Source: Lentisphaerota bacterium
GTDB taxonomy: Bacteria; Verrucomicrobiota; Lentisphaeria; Victivallales; Victivallaceae
Length of the DNA: 64,000 nt
Direction: 5' to 3'
NCBI GenBank assembly: GCA_015061775.1
Contig: SUVY01000002.1
Span: forward strand, 12,157-76,156
Shown here: positions 33,625 through 42,551 of the stretch, piece after piece
How positions within the stretch are numbered: the first letter of the stretch is position 1
Layout of the letters: every line of letters begins with the position of its first letter
Notes under the pieces: generated by a model
The model's input: only the letters and a program-made list of their open reading frames with translations
Databases searched by the model: none
What the model was told of the DNA's origin: nothing
Translations under genes and position numbers: made by a program

Positions 33625-35952
33625 ATGGGTTATCTGGAATGGGCGATCGTAATAATCCCCTTCGCAATGATCATGGGAATGGCGATCTACTCACGCAAAT
33701 TCATCCGCGGAGTCAGCGACTTCCTGGTCGCGGGACGCGTCGCAGGACGCTACGTCATATCCGTCGCAGGAGTCGAATCTGCCCTCGGAGTCATCTCGCT
33801 TGTGTCCATGGTCGAACAGAAATATGCCACAGGATTTGCGATGGAGTTCTGGTGGAGTCTTATGCTTCCGACCTCAATGTTCCTGAGCCTCACAGGATTC
33901 TGTGCCTACCGTTTCCGTGAAACCAAAGCACTTTCTATCGGACAATTCCTTGAAATACGTTACAGCCGCGCGCTGCGTATTTTCGCAACAAGCCTGCGTA
34001 CCTTCGCAGAAATGCTCTGCAACACCATCGGCCCCGCCGTGGCGGCACGTTTCTTTATCTACCTGCTCGGAATACCCCACACCGTCAATATTTTCGGCTT
34101 CCAGGCACCGACATTCATGCTGCTGCTTGCTGTCGTTCTTGTACTTGCGCTCATCCTCATCCTCACCGGAGGTCAGATAAGCCTCATCGTCACGGACTGC
34201 GTCCAGGGACTTATGAGTTACCCCATCTTCGTCATCTTTACAATTTACATTCTGACCAACTTCTCATGGTTCGGAGAGATCACCCCCGTCATGCTTGACC
34301 GCGCTGACGGAGAGAGCTTCATCAACCCCTATGACGTCGAAAATCTGCGCGACTTCAACTTGTTCGCCCTCTTCTGCAGCTTGATTTTCCGCCCGCTCAA
34401 CCAGGCGGTATGGTATGGAAACGGAACATCCGGAGCCGGACGCACCCCCCATGAGCAGAAAATGGCAGGTATGCTCGGTACCTGGCGCGGAGGCTTCAGT
34501 GCTCTTATGACCCTGATGATCGCCATTTGCATCATCACCACCATGAACCACGCGCACTTCGTTCCGCAGGCTCACAAGATCCGCAAGGAACTTGCCGTCC
34601 GCGTTGCAGACGAGATCGTTCTCAACAACAAAGCTAAAGATGCTGTGACCGCAAGCGTGTCACAAATCAGCGCTCCGCAGGTCAAGGAGGGCACGCTTCT
34701 CCAGAGAGAGAACAACTACGAAACTCCGTTTATGGACGCAACCCGTCAGTCTCTGCTCAAAACAATGCCTTCTGAAGGAGAGGCAAACCAGCTTTTCCAG
34801 CAGTTCCGCAGCCTCTATAACCAGAATATGCTCCCGGTGGCATTGAAAAACCTGATGCCTCCGACCTTGCTCGCGCTCTTTGTTCTGCTGATGATAATGC
34901 TGATGGTCTCAACCGATGACAGCCGCATTTTCGCCTCAGCAGCAACCATTGTCCAGGACGTTATCGTTCCGTTGCGCAAGAAGCCCTTCACTCCTGAACA
35001 GCACATCAAGCTGCTCAAGTGGATGACCGTTGTTGTCGCAATCATATTCTTCTTCGGCAGCGTCTATCTCTCTCAGATGGACTACATTTCACTCTTCACA
35101 AGTATTTCAACCTCGATCTGGATCACCGGAGCAGGTTCAGTGATGACCTTCGGTCTTTACAGCCGCTTCGGAACCACTGCAGGAGCATTCGCTTCACTCT
35201 TTTCTGGAATGATCCTCGCCGGAGGCGGATTTACTCTCCAGCGCACCTGGGCCAAGTTTGTTTACCCATTCCTCGAGCGTCACTCCTGGGTCGATGAAGT
35301 CGGAGCCTTCCTGACTGCCGTTTCAAGCCCCCTCAACCCCTACGTGGAGTGGGTCATGAACCCGGTAAAATTCCCGATCAACTCAACTGAGATCGCATTC
35401 ATTGCAACAATCACCAGTGTATCCGTCTACATTATTGTATCACTCATCACTTTCAAAAAGCCGTTCAACCTTGACCGTATGCTCCATCGCGGAAAATACA
35501 ACTTCGACGGAGACGACAAGAAGATCCATGTCAAATGGAGCTGGAAGACTGTATTTTCAAAGATCATCGGCATCACTCCGGACTACACCAAAGGAGACCG
35601 CGCCATCGCCTGGTCGCTCTTCATCTACACCTTCTGTTACCGCTTCGGCATCGCATTTGTGCTGGTAGCTGTATCAAATATCTTCTTTGAGTGGACTCCC
35701 AAGATGTGGGGACAGTACTTCTATATAACCCACCTCATCATTCCGCTGCCGATCGCCATCATAACCACTGTCTGGTTCTTCATTGGAGGAGTCATCGACC
35801 TGAGAAGGCTCTTCATCGACCTCGCAAAACGCAAAGAGGATTACCTCGATAACGGTATGGTCGAAGGCAACGTCTCTCTCGCCGACAAAGCTGCCGTCAA
35901 GCGTGTCGAAGAAGAGGCATCAAAAGAGCAGAACCAAAACGCAAAAGCGTAA
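33625..35952 (+). CDS. Sodium:solute symporter (SSS/SLC5) family transporter, unusually long
   Basis: 775 aa. The N-terminal DFLVAGR motif and more than 13 TM helices fit the family. A hydrophilic insertion of about 95 aa sits mid-protein. Confidence 0.8.
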   Translation: MGYLEWAIVIIPFAMIMGMAIYSRKFIRGVSDFLVAGRVAGRYVISVAGVESALGVISLVSMVEQKYATGFAMEFWWSLMLPTSMFLSLTGFCAYRFRETKALSIGQFLEIRYSRALRIFATSLRTFAEMLCNTIGPAVAARFFIYLLGIPHTVNIFGFQAPTFMLLLAVVLVLALILILTGGQISLIVTDCVQGLMSYPIFVIFTIYILTNFSWFGEITPVMLDRADGESFINPYDVENLRDFNLFALFCSLIFRPLNQAVWYGNGTSGAGRTPHEQKMAGMLGTWRGGFSALMTLMIAICIITTMNHAHFVPQAHKIRKELAVRVADEIVLNNKAKDAVTASVSQISAPQVKEGTLLQRENNYETPFMDATRQSLLKTMPSEGEANQLFQQFRSLYNQNMLPVALKNLMPPTLLALFVLLMIMLMVSTDDSRIFASAATIVQDVIVPLRKKPFTPEQHIKLLKWMTVVVAIIFFFGSVYLSQMDYISLFTSISTSIWITGAGSVMTFGLYSRFGTTAGAFASLFSGMILAGGGFTLQRTWAKFVYPFLERHSWVDEVGAFLTAVSSPLNPYVEWVMNPVKFPINSTEIAFIATITSVSVYIIVSLITFKKPFNLDRMLHRGKYNFDGDDKKIHVKWSWKTVFSKIIGITPDYTKGDRAIAWSLFIYTFCYRFGIAFVLVAVSNIFFEWTPKMWGQYFYITHLIIPLPIAIITTVWFFIGGVIDLRRLFIDLAKRKEDYLDNGMVEGNVSLADKAAVKRVEEEASKEQNQNAKA

Positions 35953-35966
35953 ATTAAGCAAAAACG

Positions 35967-35998
35967 GGCGGAAGGGAAAAACCTTCCGCTCTTTTTTT
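35967..35998 (+). terminator. Rho-independent terminator after the symporter gene
   Basis: GCGGAAGG-gaaaaa-CCTTCCGC, followed by CTTTTTTT. Confidence 0.75.
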
Positions 35999-36010
35999 CA
36001 AGGCAAAAAA

Positions 36011-36643
36011 ATGACAAAGCTTGCAGTATTTGACCTCGACGGCACTCTGATCGACTCACTCAATGACATCGCTCTCGCGGTAAACCACACAAGAATTTGC
36101 GCCGGATTAACAGAACTTGACACAGAAGGAGTCAAATTCTGTATCGGAAACGGAGTAGATACACTGATCGACAGAGCTATTCCTGAAAGCGCAATGGCTC
36201 ACGATGAGGCAAAAAATATTTACGAGGAGTTTTACAGCCAGCACGCGTTTGATAAAACCTGCCTTTACCCAAACGTTGCCAACGGACTCAAAAAGCTCCA
36301 GGGTTCCGGAGTCCGCTGCTGTGTCGTATCCAACAAGCCAGACACAGACACCAAACAGATACTTGAGCATTTCGGAGTATCTGAATACTTTGTTGAGATA
36401 GCCGGAGGCAGTTCTCGATTTCCGCTCAAACCGGCACCGGACGCCCTGCTCTACCTCAAAGAAAAGTATAACGCAGACAAGTGTTTCATGTGCGGAGACC
36501 ACTACACCGATATTGAGTGCGGGAGAAGAGCAAACTTCACCACCATACTGGCAAAATACGGCTTTGGAGATCCCCGCAGCGAAACTCCGGATGCGTCCGC
36601 CAACAACTTCGATGCAGTCACCGAAATAATTATGGCAGATTGA
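36011..36643 (+). CDS. HAD-IA phosphatase (phosphoglycolate phosphatase/Gph-like)
   Basis: Start at ATG 36011, just after a terminator; the ORF-track start at 35903 overlaps the symporter gene. Motifs: VFDLDGTLIDS, VVSNKP, CGDHYTDIECG. Confidence 0.75.
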   Translation: MTKLAVFDLDGTLIDSLNDIALAVNHTRICAGLTELDTEGVKFCIGNGVDTLIDRAIPESAMAHDEAKNIYEEFYSQHAFDKTCLYPNVANGLKKLQGSGVRCCVVSNKPDTDTKQILEHFGVSEYFVEIAGGSSRFPLKPAPDALLYLKEKYNADKCFMCGDHYTDIECGRRANFTTILAKYGFGDPRSETPDASANNFDAVTEIIMAD

Positions 36644-36786
36644 GACAAAGTCTCGCAACAGATGGATAATTCTTGCATTTTGATGGATTTTTAACATTTT
36701 GGACATCAAAAAATTTGCTTTTATCCGTATTGCGTGCTAAATTAAACAACATTACGTTGCATACTTAAAAACAGGAAGTATTTTTC

Positions 36787-37695
36787 ATGCAGGAAATAAC
36801 ACTCGTTGTACTCGCCGCTGGAATGGGAAGCCGCTATGGCGGACTCAAACAGCTCGATGCCCTCGGTCCCAATGGCGAATCAGTAATGGATTACTCCGTA
36901 TTCGATGCGATCAGAGCCGGATTTGACCGTGTAGTCTTTATAATAAGAAAAGACTTTGAAAAAGAGTTCAGAGAGCACATCGGCAGCCGTTATGACGGAA
37001 AAATCAAAGTCGATTACGCTTTCCAGTCCCTCTCCGACCTGCCTGGAGGATACAAAGTTCCGGAAGGACGCGAAAAACCGTGGGGAACCGGTCACGCCGT
37101 CTATTCAGCGCGCGGCATCATCAATGGTCCCTTCGCGGTCATCAATGCAGATGACTTCTATGGTGAAGACTGTTACAGAAAGCTCGCAGGATTCCTCAAA
37201 AACTGTCAGGACAGCGAAAAAATCTCCGGATGCATTGCAACTTTCGTCCTCGAAAACACACTCAGCGAAAATGGCTCAGTCTCCCGCGGACTTTGTTCAA
37301 TAAGCGATGACAGCCTCCTGAAGAAAGTTGTTGAACACACTACTATTTCAAGAAATGCAGAAGGCAAAGTAATCTCTGTTTTCGAAGGCAAAGAGCTTGA
37401 ACTCACCGGAAAAGAGCAGGTGTCAATGAACGCCTGGGGATTTTCCGGCAAGATCGTAGAAAAACTCACTGCGCTCTTTGAGGAATTCCTCGCAGCCAGA
37501 GGAACGGAACTCAAAAGCGAATTCTACCTTCCCGGAGCTGTTGACCGTCTCATCAACGACAATATTGCAAATATAACTGTACTCAACAGCACCGACAACT
37601 GGTTCGGAGTCACCTACCGGGAAGACAAACCTTTCGTTCAGGCGGCGATCCGCAAACTGATTGCCGACGGACGTTATCCGGAAACGCTGTTTTAA
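36787..37695 (+). CDS. Sugar-1-phosphate nucleotidylyltransferase (NTP_transferase family)
   Basis: 302 aa. The LAAGMGSRYGGLKQ signature loop, WGTGHAV and INADDFYG fit the family. Confidence 0.7.
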   Translation: MQEITLVVLAAGMGSRYGGLKQLDALGPNGESVMDYSVFDAIRAGFDRVVFIIRKDFEKEFREHIGSRYDGKIKVDYAFQSLSDLPGGYKVPEGREKPWGTGHAVYSARGIINGPFAVINADDFYGEDCYRKLAGFLKNCQDSEKISGCIATFVLENTLSENGSVSRGLCSISDDSLLKKVVEHTTISRNAEGKVISVFEGKELELTGKEQVSMNAWGFSGKIVEKLTALFEEFLAARGTELKSEFYLPGAVDRLINDNIANITVLNSTDNWFGVTYREDKPFVQAAIRKLIADGRYPETLF

Positions 37696-37718
37696 TTCAC
37701 CACGAAGGATGATTTTCA

Positions 37719-38816
37719 ATGAAAGCGACGATTGAAAGACTGCAGCGCATGGCAAAAAAAATGCGCGTCAAAGGCAAATTTCTGGAGGGTATCCCCTTCG
37801 GCAGCGGCCATATCAACGACACCTACCGCCTTACCTTTGAGGAAGCGGACGGAACCATCCGTCACTATACCTTTCAGGGCATAAACAGCAATGTGTTTCC
37901 GAACCCTCCTGCGGTAATGGAAAACATCGACCGCGTTACCACCCATCTGCAGGAAAAGATCGCTGCTGACCGTTCCGGTAAACGCCGCGAGACCATCCGC
38001 CTGCTCAAAACAGAAGACAATTTGCCCTACTGTCTTGATCTCGACGGAAACTACTGGCGCGCTTATCACTTCGTAGAAAACGTCAACAGCTTTGATGTTC
38101 TCTCCAATCCGGAGCAGGCTTATCAGATCGCTAAATCATTCGGAGAATTCCAGTGTGATCTTGCCGATCTTCCCGGCAAACGTCTCAATGAGACCATCAA
38201 AGACTTTCACCATACTCCCAACCGCTTCGCCCAGCTCTGGGAGGCGGTCAAAAACGACCGCGCAGGAAGATTGAAGGACGTGACCAAAGAGCTTGATTAT
38301 TTCCACTCTGTCGAAGAGGAGTGCGGAACTCTCGTCCGGGCACTCAACGAAGGAGCTGTTCCCGAGCGTGTCACCCACAACGACACCAAATGCAACAACA
38401 TCCTTCTGGATGAAAAGACCAATGAAGGTGCCTGCGTTATCGACCTCGACACCGTGATGCCGGGACTCGTTCACTACGACTTCGGCGACATGGTGCGCGG
38501 CGGAACCGGTTCAACTGCAGAAGATGAGGTTGACGACTCCAAAGTTTACATGAGAAAAGAGATGTTTGAAGGACTGCTCAAAGGATATCTTGAGAGCGCA
38601 AAAAACTTCCTCACTCCTACTGAAACTGAACTGCTTCCGCTCTCAGGCAAGATCATCACCCTCGAGATCGGAACCCGTTTCCTCGCAGACTATCTCAACG
38701 GAGACGTCTATTTCAAGACCTCGCGCCCCAATCACAACCTTGATCGCGCAAGAGTCCAGATCGCGCTCGGCAAATCCATCGGAGATGCCCTTCCCGAACT
38801 TATGAAGATGCTCTGA
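37719..38816 (+). CDS. APH-fold phosphotransferase, probably an anomeric sugar kinase (NahK/AmgK-like)
   Basis: 365 aa. The catalytic loop HNDTKCNNILL and the DLD metal site (VIDLDTV) are present. It starts 23 nt downstream of the nucleotidyltransferase. Confidence 0.6.
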   Translation: MKATIERLQRMAKKMRVKGKFLEGIPFGSGHINDTYRLTFEEADGTIRHYTFQGINSNVFPNPPAVMENIDRVTTHLQEKIAADRSGKRRETIRLLKTEDNLPYCLDLDGNYWRAYHFVENVNSFDVLSNPEQAYQIAKSFGEFQCDLADLPGKRLNETIKDFHHTPNRFAQLWEAVKNDRAGRLKDVTKELDYFHSVEEECGTLVRALNEGAVPERVTHNDTKCNNILLDEKTNEGACVIDLDTVMPGLVHYDFGDMVRGGTGSTAEDEVDDSKVYMRKEMFEGLLKGYLESAKNFLTPTETELLPLSGKIITLEIGTRFLADYLNGDVYFKTSRPNHNLDRARVQIALGKSIGDALPELMKML

Positions 38817-38901
38817 TAACGATCTTCTAAAAAAAACAAACACCTTCAATGATCAATAGACCTTGAAGGTGTTTTTTTTGTTGTCCGTAATTATTAAATC
38901 A

Positions 38902-39062
38902 AGGCTCTGTTTCCGACAAAGGTAGGTAAAAGTAAATAAAAAAGTTTTTTCGCTTTTCTTGAAAGGGTGAGAGGGGCGCGGGGAGAGCGGGAAAACTTCT
39001 TTTCTCGTGAAAAGAAGTTTTCCCGCTTTCCCCGCATCATCTCCCCATATCTGGAACAAAGC
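38902..39062 (+). mobile_element. MITE-like non-autonomous element, copy B (161 bp)
   Basis: The terminal inverted repeats are AGGCTCTGTTTCC (left) and GGAACAAAGC (right). The element is flanked by the 8-bp direct repeat TTAAATCA (38894-38901 and 39063-39070). A central hairpin at 38978-39035 has 27-nt arms with one G-T position and a TCGT loop. It is collinear with the reverse complement of 59058-59256. Confidence 0.7.
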
Positions 39063-39084
39063 TTAAATCAAAGCAGGCTCTGTA

Positions 39085-39450
39085 CTATTCTGCACATTCA
39101 CAAATAATAAAAGGATTGCCCTCCGGATCACATGCACGGTGATAACGGCAGTCACCAAAGCTGTTCATGTTACGGAAGAGTTCAATGCCGAACTTGCTGA
39201 GCCTTTTTTCCACACCATCGATATCAGGACAGGAAACTATCCAGGAGTTTGCGGTTCCGGCATGCTCAAGGTATTCTGCTCCGGAGTGTTCAAGCACAAG
39301 TTTGAACCCCTGTTCCTCCAACAAAAAAACACAGCAATCCTGACACTCCATCACCGGCGGAGGGAGCTGCAGAACTTCTCTGTAAAACCTGCTTGCGGCA
39401 TCAAGATCAGCCACTCTGATCCATACTCCGTTTTCAATCCTGGCGTTCAT
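39085..39450 (-). CDS. Glyoxalase/bleomycin-resistance (VOC) family protein
   Basis: 121 aa. The V.DLDAA..FY..VL opening and paired beta-alpha-beta-beta-beta module length fit the family. Confidence 0.65.
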   Translation of the reverse strand: MNARIENGVWIRVADLDAASRFYREVLQLPPPVMECQDCCVFLLEEQGFKLVLEHSGAEYLEHAGTANSWIVSCPDIDGVEKRLSKFGIELFRNMNSFGDCRYHRACDPEGNPFIICECAE

Positions 39451-39684
39451 ATCAAAAAATCCTCATTTTATAAAGCATTTTTACGGTAAAAACGTTTGAT
39501 TTATTACGTTTTAAGTTGTATTTTATGTGTGATAAGGTGTCGCCGTACAACGGCGCCCCATGTAGTATAATAGCAGTTGACGTATTTTTCCACGTCAAAG
39601 CTGAAAATTTTTTGATTTTTTTAACATTTTTAATTTTGACTTTCTCTCCGGAAACGGAACGGAAGTCGGTAACAAAAACAGGGG

Positions 39685-41139
39685 TTGGGTCAAGTGAGCA
39701 AAGACAATTCTTCCTACAACAATCCGTTGACCGGTCGTTATGCCGGCAAAGTCATGAGCGGTATCTGGTCTCCGCAATTCAAGCACTCAACGTGGCGCCG
39801 TCTGTGGCTCACGCTTGCAAAATGCGAAAAGGAGCTGGGGCTGCCGATAACTGACAGCCAGATAGCTGAACTCTCAGCTCACCTTGACGACATCGACTTC
39901 GACCGCGTGGCAGAAATCGAAAAATCCCTGCGTCACGATGTGATGAGCCACATCCGTGCACTCGGCGAACTCTGCCCGGAAGCAGCTCCTATCGTCCACC
40001 TCGGAGCTACCAGCTGCTTTGTCACCGATAACACCGAACTTATCCAGATGCGCGAGAGTCTCAAAGAAATCAAAGCAAAGCTTCTGCTGCTCATCAGTCA
40101 GCTCGCTGATTTCTGCGATAAATACAAGGCAATGCCCTCGCTTGGATTCACTCATCTCCAGCCTGCTCAGCTCACCACTGTCGGAAAACGCTTCGCGCTC
40201 TATCTGCAGGACTTTATGCTCGACTTCGAGCGTATCGACCGCGAAATAGCAGAACTTCCGTTCCGCAGCGTCAAGGGAACGACAGGAACTCAGGCAAGTT
40301 TCCTGGAGCTTTTCGACGGAGACCATGACAAATGCCGCAAACTTGAAAAGAATGTGGCAAAGGCAATGGGATTCGACAACGTTGTGTTCCTTTCCGGTCA
40401 GACCTACACCCGTAAGATCGACTACTTTGTGCTGACTCTGCTTTCCGGTCTTGCCCAGTCCGCCTCAAAGATGGCGACCGACATCCGTCTGCTCGCCCAC
40501 ATGAAGGAGATCGAAGAGCCCTTCGGAGCCAAACAGGTCGGTTCAAGCGCAATGGCGTACAAACGCAATCCCATGAGAAGTGAGCGCGTCACCTCCCTCG
40601 CCCGTTACGTCATGAACCTGCCCGGAAACGCAGCAATGACCGAATCGACCCAATGGTTCGAGCGTACCCTCGACGATTCTGCCAACCGCCGGATCGTTCT
40701 TCCTGAGGCATTCATCGCAACTGATGTTATTCTTTCAATACTCATCGATGTCACCAGCGGAATGCAGGTATGGCCCAAAGTCATTGAAAAACATATCCTC
40801 GCAGAACTTCCCTTCATGGCTACCGAAAACCTGCTCATGGCTGCTGTCAAAAAAGGCGGCAACCGCCAGGAGTTGCACGAGGTCATCCGCAACCACTCCA
40901 TGGCTGCCGGAAGAAGAGTCAAAGAGGAAGGTCTTGATAACGACCTGCTTGAGCGCATCAAAAACGATCCCGACTTTGCCTCCATCAAAGACGAGTTCGA
41001 TGAACTTATCAACCCCTCGGCATTTATCGGAAGAGCTCCGCAGCAGGTCGCTGATTTCCTCGAGCAGGAGATCCGCCCGCTGCTCGCAAAGCACTCTGAG
41101 CTGCTTACCTCTGCTCACGCCGAAGCAGTAAACGTATAA
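39685..41139 (+). CDS. purB: Adenylosuccinate lyase
   Basis: 484 aa (TTG 39685, or GTG 39694). Motifs: NPLTGRYA, and GSSAMAYKRNPMRSE, the fumarate-lyase signature loop. Confidence 0.9.
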   Translation: MGQVSKDNSSYNNPLTGRYAGKVMSGIWSPQFKHSTWRRLWLTLAKCEKELGLPITDSQIAELSAHLDDIDFDRVAEIEKSLRHDVMSHIRALGELCPEAAPIVHLGATSCFVTDNTELIQMRESLKEIKAKLLLLISQLADFCDKYKAMPSLGFTHLQPAQLTTVGKRFALYLQDFMLDFERIDREIAELPFRSVKGTTGTQASFLELFDGDHDKCRKLEKNVAKAMGFDNVVFLSGQTYTRKIDYFVLTLLSGLAQSASKMATDIRLLAHMKEIEEPFGAKQVGSSAMAYKRNPMRSERVTSLARYVMNLPGNAAMTESTQWFERTLDDSANRRIVLPEAFIATDVILSILIDVTSGMQVWPKVIEKHILAELPFMATENLLMAAVKKGGNRQELHEVIRNHSMAAGRRVKEEGLDNDLLERIKNDPDFASIKDEFDELINPSAFIGRAPQQVADFLEQEIRPLLAKHSELLTSAHAEAVNV

Positions 41140-41166
41140 CCAACATATCAACAGGAGATATTTAAA

Positions 41167-42537
41167 ATGGCTTTTATGGATGACAGCTATCTGATGAAAA
41201 ATGCGACTGCAAAAAGTCTCTTTGCTCAGATCAATAAGCTTCCCGTCGTCGATCCCCACAACCACGCAAACGTGAAAGAGATCGCGGACAACGGCAACTA
41301 CGCAGATGCGTGGCAGCTCTTTGCCGCAACTGACCACTATGTGTGGGAAATGCTTCGCAAACGCGGAGTTTCCGAAAGCATGATCACCGGTCCTGCTTCT
41401 CCGAAAGAGAAATTCCTTTCTATGGCAAAGGTTTTTCCGGAAATCGCCGGAAACCCCGTTTATGAGTGGATACACCTCGACCTCAAACGCTACTTCGGAA
41501 TCAACGATCTGTTGAGCGAAACCACCGGAGAGGCGATCTACGATGAAGTCACCGCCAAACTGCAGACAGATGCCTACCGTCCGCAGCAGCTGCTGACCGG
41601 AGTCCTCAATGTTGAAGTCATGTGCTCCACCGACGACCTCATCGACACCCTCGAAGATCACAAGCGTGTCAATGACGCTGTCGGCAGAACCCTTATCCGT
41701 CCGACCTGGCGTCCCGATAAGGCAATGAAAATCACCAACCCCGGTTGGAGAGAGTACATGAACGCTGTTGAAAAGCGCTTCGGACGCAAACTCAACGGAA
41801 TCGCCGACCTCATCGACTGCTTCAAAGCAAGTCATGATTTCTTCGCCGAAAACGGATGCCGCGCAAGCGATCACGGAATCGAGATTCCGCTGAGAGCTGA
41901 TTATGATATGGCTTCCGCAGACAAAGTTTTCCGCAAAGCGATGAACGAAGAGACTCTTACCGCTGAAGAGAGAGACTGCTTCATGGGAACAGTTCTCGCA
42001 GAGGCTTCAGAGCTCAACAGCCAGACCGGTTGGGTCACCCAGCTCCACCTCGGAGCCGTCCGTGACGTGCGTTACAAACTCTATGATATGCTCGGTCCCG
42101 ATGTCGGCGGAGACGTCAGTAACCACTATCTTGACTACCTTCCCGCGCTGGTTTCTTACCTCAACCGCTTCGATGATCGCCTGAAAGTCGTGTTGTACTG
42201 CCTCGATCAGGGACATCAGGCCACTCTCGCTACCATCTCACGCGCTTTCGGAGAAAAGGTCGCTCTGGGTTCTGCCTGGTGGTTGGTCGATACTCCGATC
42301 GGAATGCGCCGCCAGCTCGAATACATCGGTTCAGTCGATGTGCTTCGCAACTTCGCCGGAATGGTATCTGACTCCCGCAAACTCCTGAGCTACGGCTCAC
42401 GCTTTGAGATGTTCAGACGCGTCCTCGCCGACGTTCTCGGCGACCTCGTCGAGCGTGGTCAGATCCCGCAGACAATCGCCTTCGACCTCGCAAGAGAAAT
42501 GGCTTATTACGGACCAAAAAAATACTGGAACCTCTGA
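41167..42537 (+). CDS. uxaC: Glucuronate (uronate) isomerase
   Basis: 456 aa, collinear with E. coli UxaC: the HxH site is DPHNH here, then GNPVYEWIHLDL, TWRPDKA, SDHG, WW, DSRKLLSY..FEMFRRVL. Confidence 0.85.
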   Translation: MAFMDDSYLMKNATAKSLFAQINKLPVVDPHNHANVKEIADNGNYADAWQLFAATDHYVWEMLRKRGVSESMITGPASPKEKFLSMAKVFPEIAGNPVYEWIHLDLKRYFGINDLLSETTGEAIYDEVTAKLQTDAYRPQQLLTGVLNVEVMCSTDDLIDTLEDHKRVNDAVGRTLIRPTWRPDKAMKITNPGWREYMNAVEKRFGRKLNGIADLIDCFKASHDFFAENGCRASDHGIEIPLRADYDMASADKVFRKAMNEETLTAEERDCFMGTVLAEASELNSQTGWVTQLHLGAVRDVRYKLYDMLGPDVGGDVSNHYLDYLPALVSYLNRFDDRLKVVLYCLDQGHQATLATISRAFGEKVALGSAWWLVDTPIGMRRQLEYIGSVDVLRNFAGMVSDSRKLLSYGSRFEMFRRVLADVLGDLVERGQIPQTIAFDLAREMAYYGPKKYWNL

Positions 42538-42551
42538 GGAGAAAATATAAC

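Noticed and set aside
38853-39059. A 68-aa ORF (MFQIWGDDAGKAGKLLFTRKEVFPLSPRPSHPFKK...) with a look-alike 68-aa ORF at 59062-59268 and a related one at 14355-14705
   Set aside because: The similarity is at the nucleotide level. The peptide similarity decays after an indel that shifts the frame between copies. The ORFs run through a long palindrome and the TIRs. They are therefore by-products of the MITE-like repeat, not a conserved small protein.
40735-41874. A 379-aa minus-strand ORF spanning the purB/uxaC junction
   Set aside because: It lies antisense to two genes with full-length homology to known enzymes. It shows no recognisable motifs and crosses an intergenic gap.
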